From assembly GCA_030390025.1 (NCBI GenBank), contig CM059432.1, forward strand, positions 59,646,001 through 59,710,000: a stretch of 64,000 nt of DNA. Reading direction: 5' to 3'. Each line of letters opens with the position of its first letter. Positions within the stretch are counted from its first letter, which is position 1. The notes below the pieces were generated by a model. It searched no databases and was not told the origin of the DNA. It saw only the letters and a list, made by a program, of their open reading frames with translations. This DNA is from Squalus acanthias. Its lineage: Eukaryota. A program made the translations under genes and the position numbers. Below, piece by piece: positions 61,208 through 64,000 of this stretch.

Positions 61208-64000
61208 GAGTCATAGAGTCATACGGCACAGAAGGAGGCCATTCGGCCCATCGAGTCCATGCTGGCTCTCTGTAGAGCAATCCAGTCAGTCCCATTCCCC
61301 CGCTCTATCCCCGTAGCCCTGCAAGTTTATTTCCCTCAAGTGCCTATCCAGTCTCCCCTTGAAAACATTGAGTGTCTCCGCTTCAACCACTTCCGTCGGC
61401 AGCGAATTCCAGGTCATCACCACTCGCTGCGTAAAAAAGCTTTTCCTCACATCCCCCCTGTATCCCTTGCCCAAAACCTTAAATCTGTGTCCCCTGGTCC
61501 TTGTACTATCAACTAGTGGGAACAGTCTTTCCCGTCTAGCCTATCCAAACCCGTCATAATCTTGTACACCTCTATCAAATCACCCCTCAACCTCCTTTGC
61601 TCTAATGAAAACAAATCCTGCTTCTCCAACCTGTCCTTGTAGCTAAGATCCCCCATCCCCGGAACCATTCTGGTAAACCTCCTCTGCACCCTCTCAAGGG
61701 CCTTCACATCCTTCCTAAAATGTGGTGACCAGAACTGGACGCAATACTCCAGTTGTAGCCTAACCAGTGCTTTATAAAGGTTCAGCATAACTTCTCTACG
61801 GTTGTACTCAATACCTCTATTTATGAAGCCCAAGAAACCGTGGGGGAAAAATTCAGTTGGTTGCGCCTCCCGTTAGCGCCTTAAGAGGGCGCTAATGGGG
61901 CGCAAAGCATCTAGCGCCCAGGCGCGGCGAAGTTTGCGCCGCTCGCGAAATTAACTAGACATTTTGCGGCGGCGCTAAACACTACCGCCACGATCTCCTG
62001 CACCGGCAGATCGTGACGTCAGTTGAGTGCGCAATGCCCCGGTATCGCCCCGGAGCGGATATTGAGTGGCGCCCCCTGCCTTACCGCCTGACGCTAGCAA
62101 CGACAGGTTGAGGGGAGCATTCTGCAGTCATGAAGGGAAAGGGGGAGCGCTATTTAAACGTGACCACTTCCTGCCTTTTATTGTTGGTGCCATTTTTGGC
62201 CTACGCATTCTGAGAGAGAGAGAGGGAGAGACTTCTGGAGAGATTCAACGTTGTGTGAAGGAGTTTTGGGTACTGAGCAGCACTTTGCAGGTTCATTTTG
62301 ATTTGCCATTCCTTGTATCGATTTAGAAGAGACTGTGGGGGCTGCACTCTGAGCTCTTTGCCTGGTACTCTCCATTGTTCTTTCCAGCAGATTTGATGTG
62401 CAGGTCTCTCCAGGCCGAGATTCAAGGCTGCAATGAGCAGGATGTGGATGGAAAGCAAGATTAACCATCCCCTTTAAGAACTGGCCCGTGCCATTGTGTG
62501 TGTGTTCCATTGCTGACTGACATTACATGAGCTTCGCCAGTGCTCTGAGGTAGCGCCTCGCTCCTCGGCCTTTGCGCCTTAAGACATGTGTGAAGCGCCT
62601 GATTTAGCACTGCAATCACCTCCAGGGGCGATAAAAGTCAAGTTTGCAGTCGGTGGCGATAATTAGCGCCAGGCGCTAATCTTTGCGCCCGGCCGATAAT
62701 TGCGCCCCAAATGGGGCGATACTGAATTTCTCCCCCCATATGCTTTGCTAACCACTCTCTCAATATGTCCTGCCACCTTCAGGGACCTATGCACATTAAC
62801 TCCCAGGTCCATCTGTCCCTGCTCTTTAAAACTGTGCCATTAAGTGTATATTGCCTCTCCCTGTTCTTTCTGCCAAAAAGCATCACCTCACACTTCTCTG
62901 TATTAAATTCCATCTGCCACTTGTCTGCCCATTCTGCTAGCCTTTCTATGTCCTGTTGCAGTCGATTGGTATCATCATCACTGTTTGACACCCCCCCAAG
63001 TTTGGTGTCATCGGTATTTTTAGAAATTCTACTCTGTATTCCAATATCCAGGTCATTTATATATATCAAAAAAAGCAGTGGCCCCAGCACTGACCCTTGG
63101 GGAACACCACTGTCTACCATCCTCCAGTCAGTCTGAAAAACAGCCATTTACCACAACACGCTGTTTTCTGTCCTTAAGCCAATTCCTTATCCAAGCTGCC
63201 ACTGACCCACCTATTCCATGAGCCTCAATTTTGTTAACCAGCCTTCTATGTGGTACTTTGTCAAACGCCTTCCGAAAATCCATGCAGACAACATCCATTG
63301 GATTCCCTTCATCAATCCTCTCTGTTACTTCATCAAAAAATTCAATTAGAGTAGTCAAACACGATCTGCCTTTTACAAATCTGTGTTGGCTCTCCTTAAT
63401 TAGCTTAAACCTCTCCAAGTGCCCGTTAATTTTTTCCTTGATTATTGTTTCTAAAACTTTACCCACCATTGATGTTAAACTGACCGGCCTGTAGTTACTA
63501 GGATTGTCCTTACACCCTTTCTTGAACAATGGTGTCACATTTGCCACTTTCCAATCCCAAGGCACCTCCCCCGCATCTAGGGAAGATTGGAAAATTATGG
63601 CAAGCCCTTCCGCTATCTCCTCCCCCAATTCCCTTAGCAATCTGGGATGCAAGCCATCTGGACCAGGCGACTTATCCACTCTAAGCATACCCAGCCTTTC
63701 TCGTACATCCTGTCTATCAATTTTCACCCCTTCTATTGCTTACACCTTTTCCACTGCTACCGATATTTTGTCAGCATCCACCTCCTCAGTAAACACCGAT
63801 ACAAATTACTCATTGAGTATTCTAGCCTTGCCCTGTGCCTCTAAGCATATAACACCTTCTTTGTCGCTAATAGGCCCCACCCCGCCTCTTACTACTCGCT
63901 TACTGTTTACATGCCGGTAGAAGATTTTTGGGTTCCCTTTTATGTTAACCGCCATTCTACTCTCATATTCTATCTTTGTCAATCTTATTTTCATCTTCAC
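61208..64000 (-). mobile_element. CR1 LINE inserted in the transposase, running off the window
   Basis: (TATGACTC) tail at the left end; RT motifs KSPGPDGLHP, DFRKAFDKV and GVPQGSVLGP. Confidence 0.92.
61842..62736. mobile_element. PIF/Harbinger-type MITE in the CR1
   Basis: TIR GGGGGAAAAATTCAG / CTGAATTTCTCCCCC; flanks CGT / CAT; the CR1 resumes across it. Confidence 0.85.

Noticed and set aside
60384..61295. 303-aa ORF as a domesticated host HARBI1 gene
   Set aside because: Its start derives from a CR1 tail, the first catalytic Asp is Asn, it is interrupted by a LINE, and it sits beside a decayed Myb partner inside a TIR element.

Overview
Eukaryotic genomic DNA, very probably from an elasmobranch (shark or ray), inferred from HE1-type V-SINEs, Deu-domain SINEs and abundant CR1/HER1-like LINEs. 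The only host gene I can support is the 5' end of GAREM1 (FAM59A) on the minus strand: coding exon 1 at 18203-18311 in a CpG island and the 141-bp exon 2 at 7360-7500. Neither exon appears in the ORF track, and later exons lie left of the window. Most of the rest is transposon-derived and heavily nested: CR1, L2 and RTE LINEs, Penelope elements, a near-complete CsRn1-type Gypsy LTR element, PIF/Harbinger elements with many MITEs, and hAT and Tc1/mariner MITEs. The most striking structures are (i) two fold-back Penelope mini-insertions carrying minimal hammerhead ribozyme motifs, one a 300-bp-arm palindrome about 2 kb upstream of the GAREM1 start codon; (ii) a full-length CR1 inserted in opposite orientation inside a sister CR1, both sharing a stop codon and a 9-bp deletion but with divergent ORF1 N-termini; and (iii) a GC-rich CHCC-gag, tRNA-Trp-primed LTR element whose LTR differences cluster at one end. 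I found no convincing wholly new gene system. All family assignments come from recognised motifs, not from database searches, and boundaries of old repeats are approximate.
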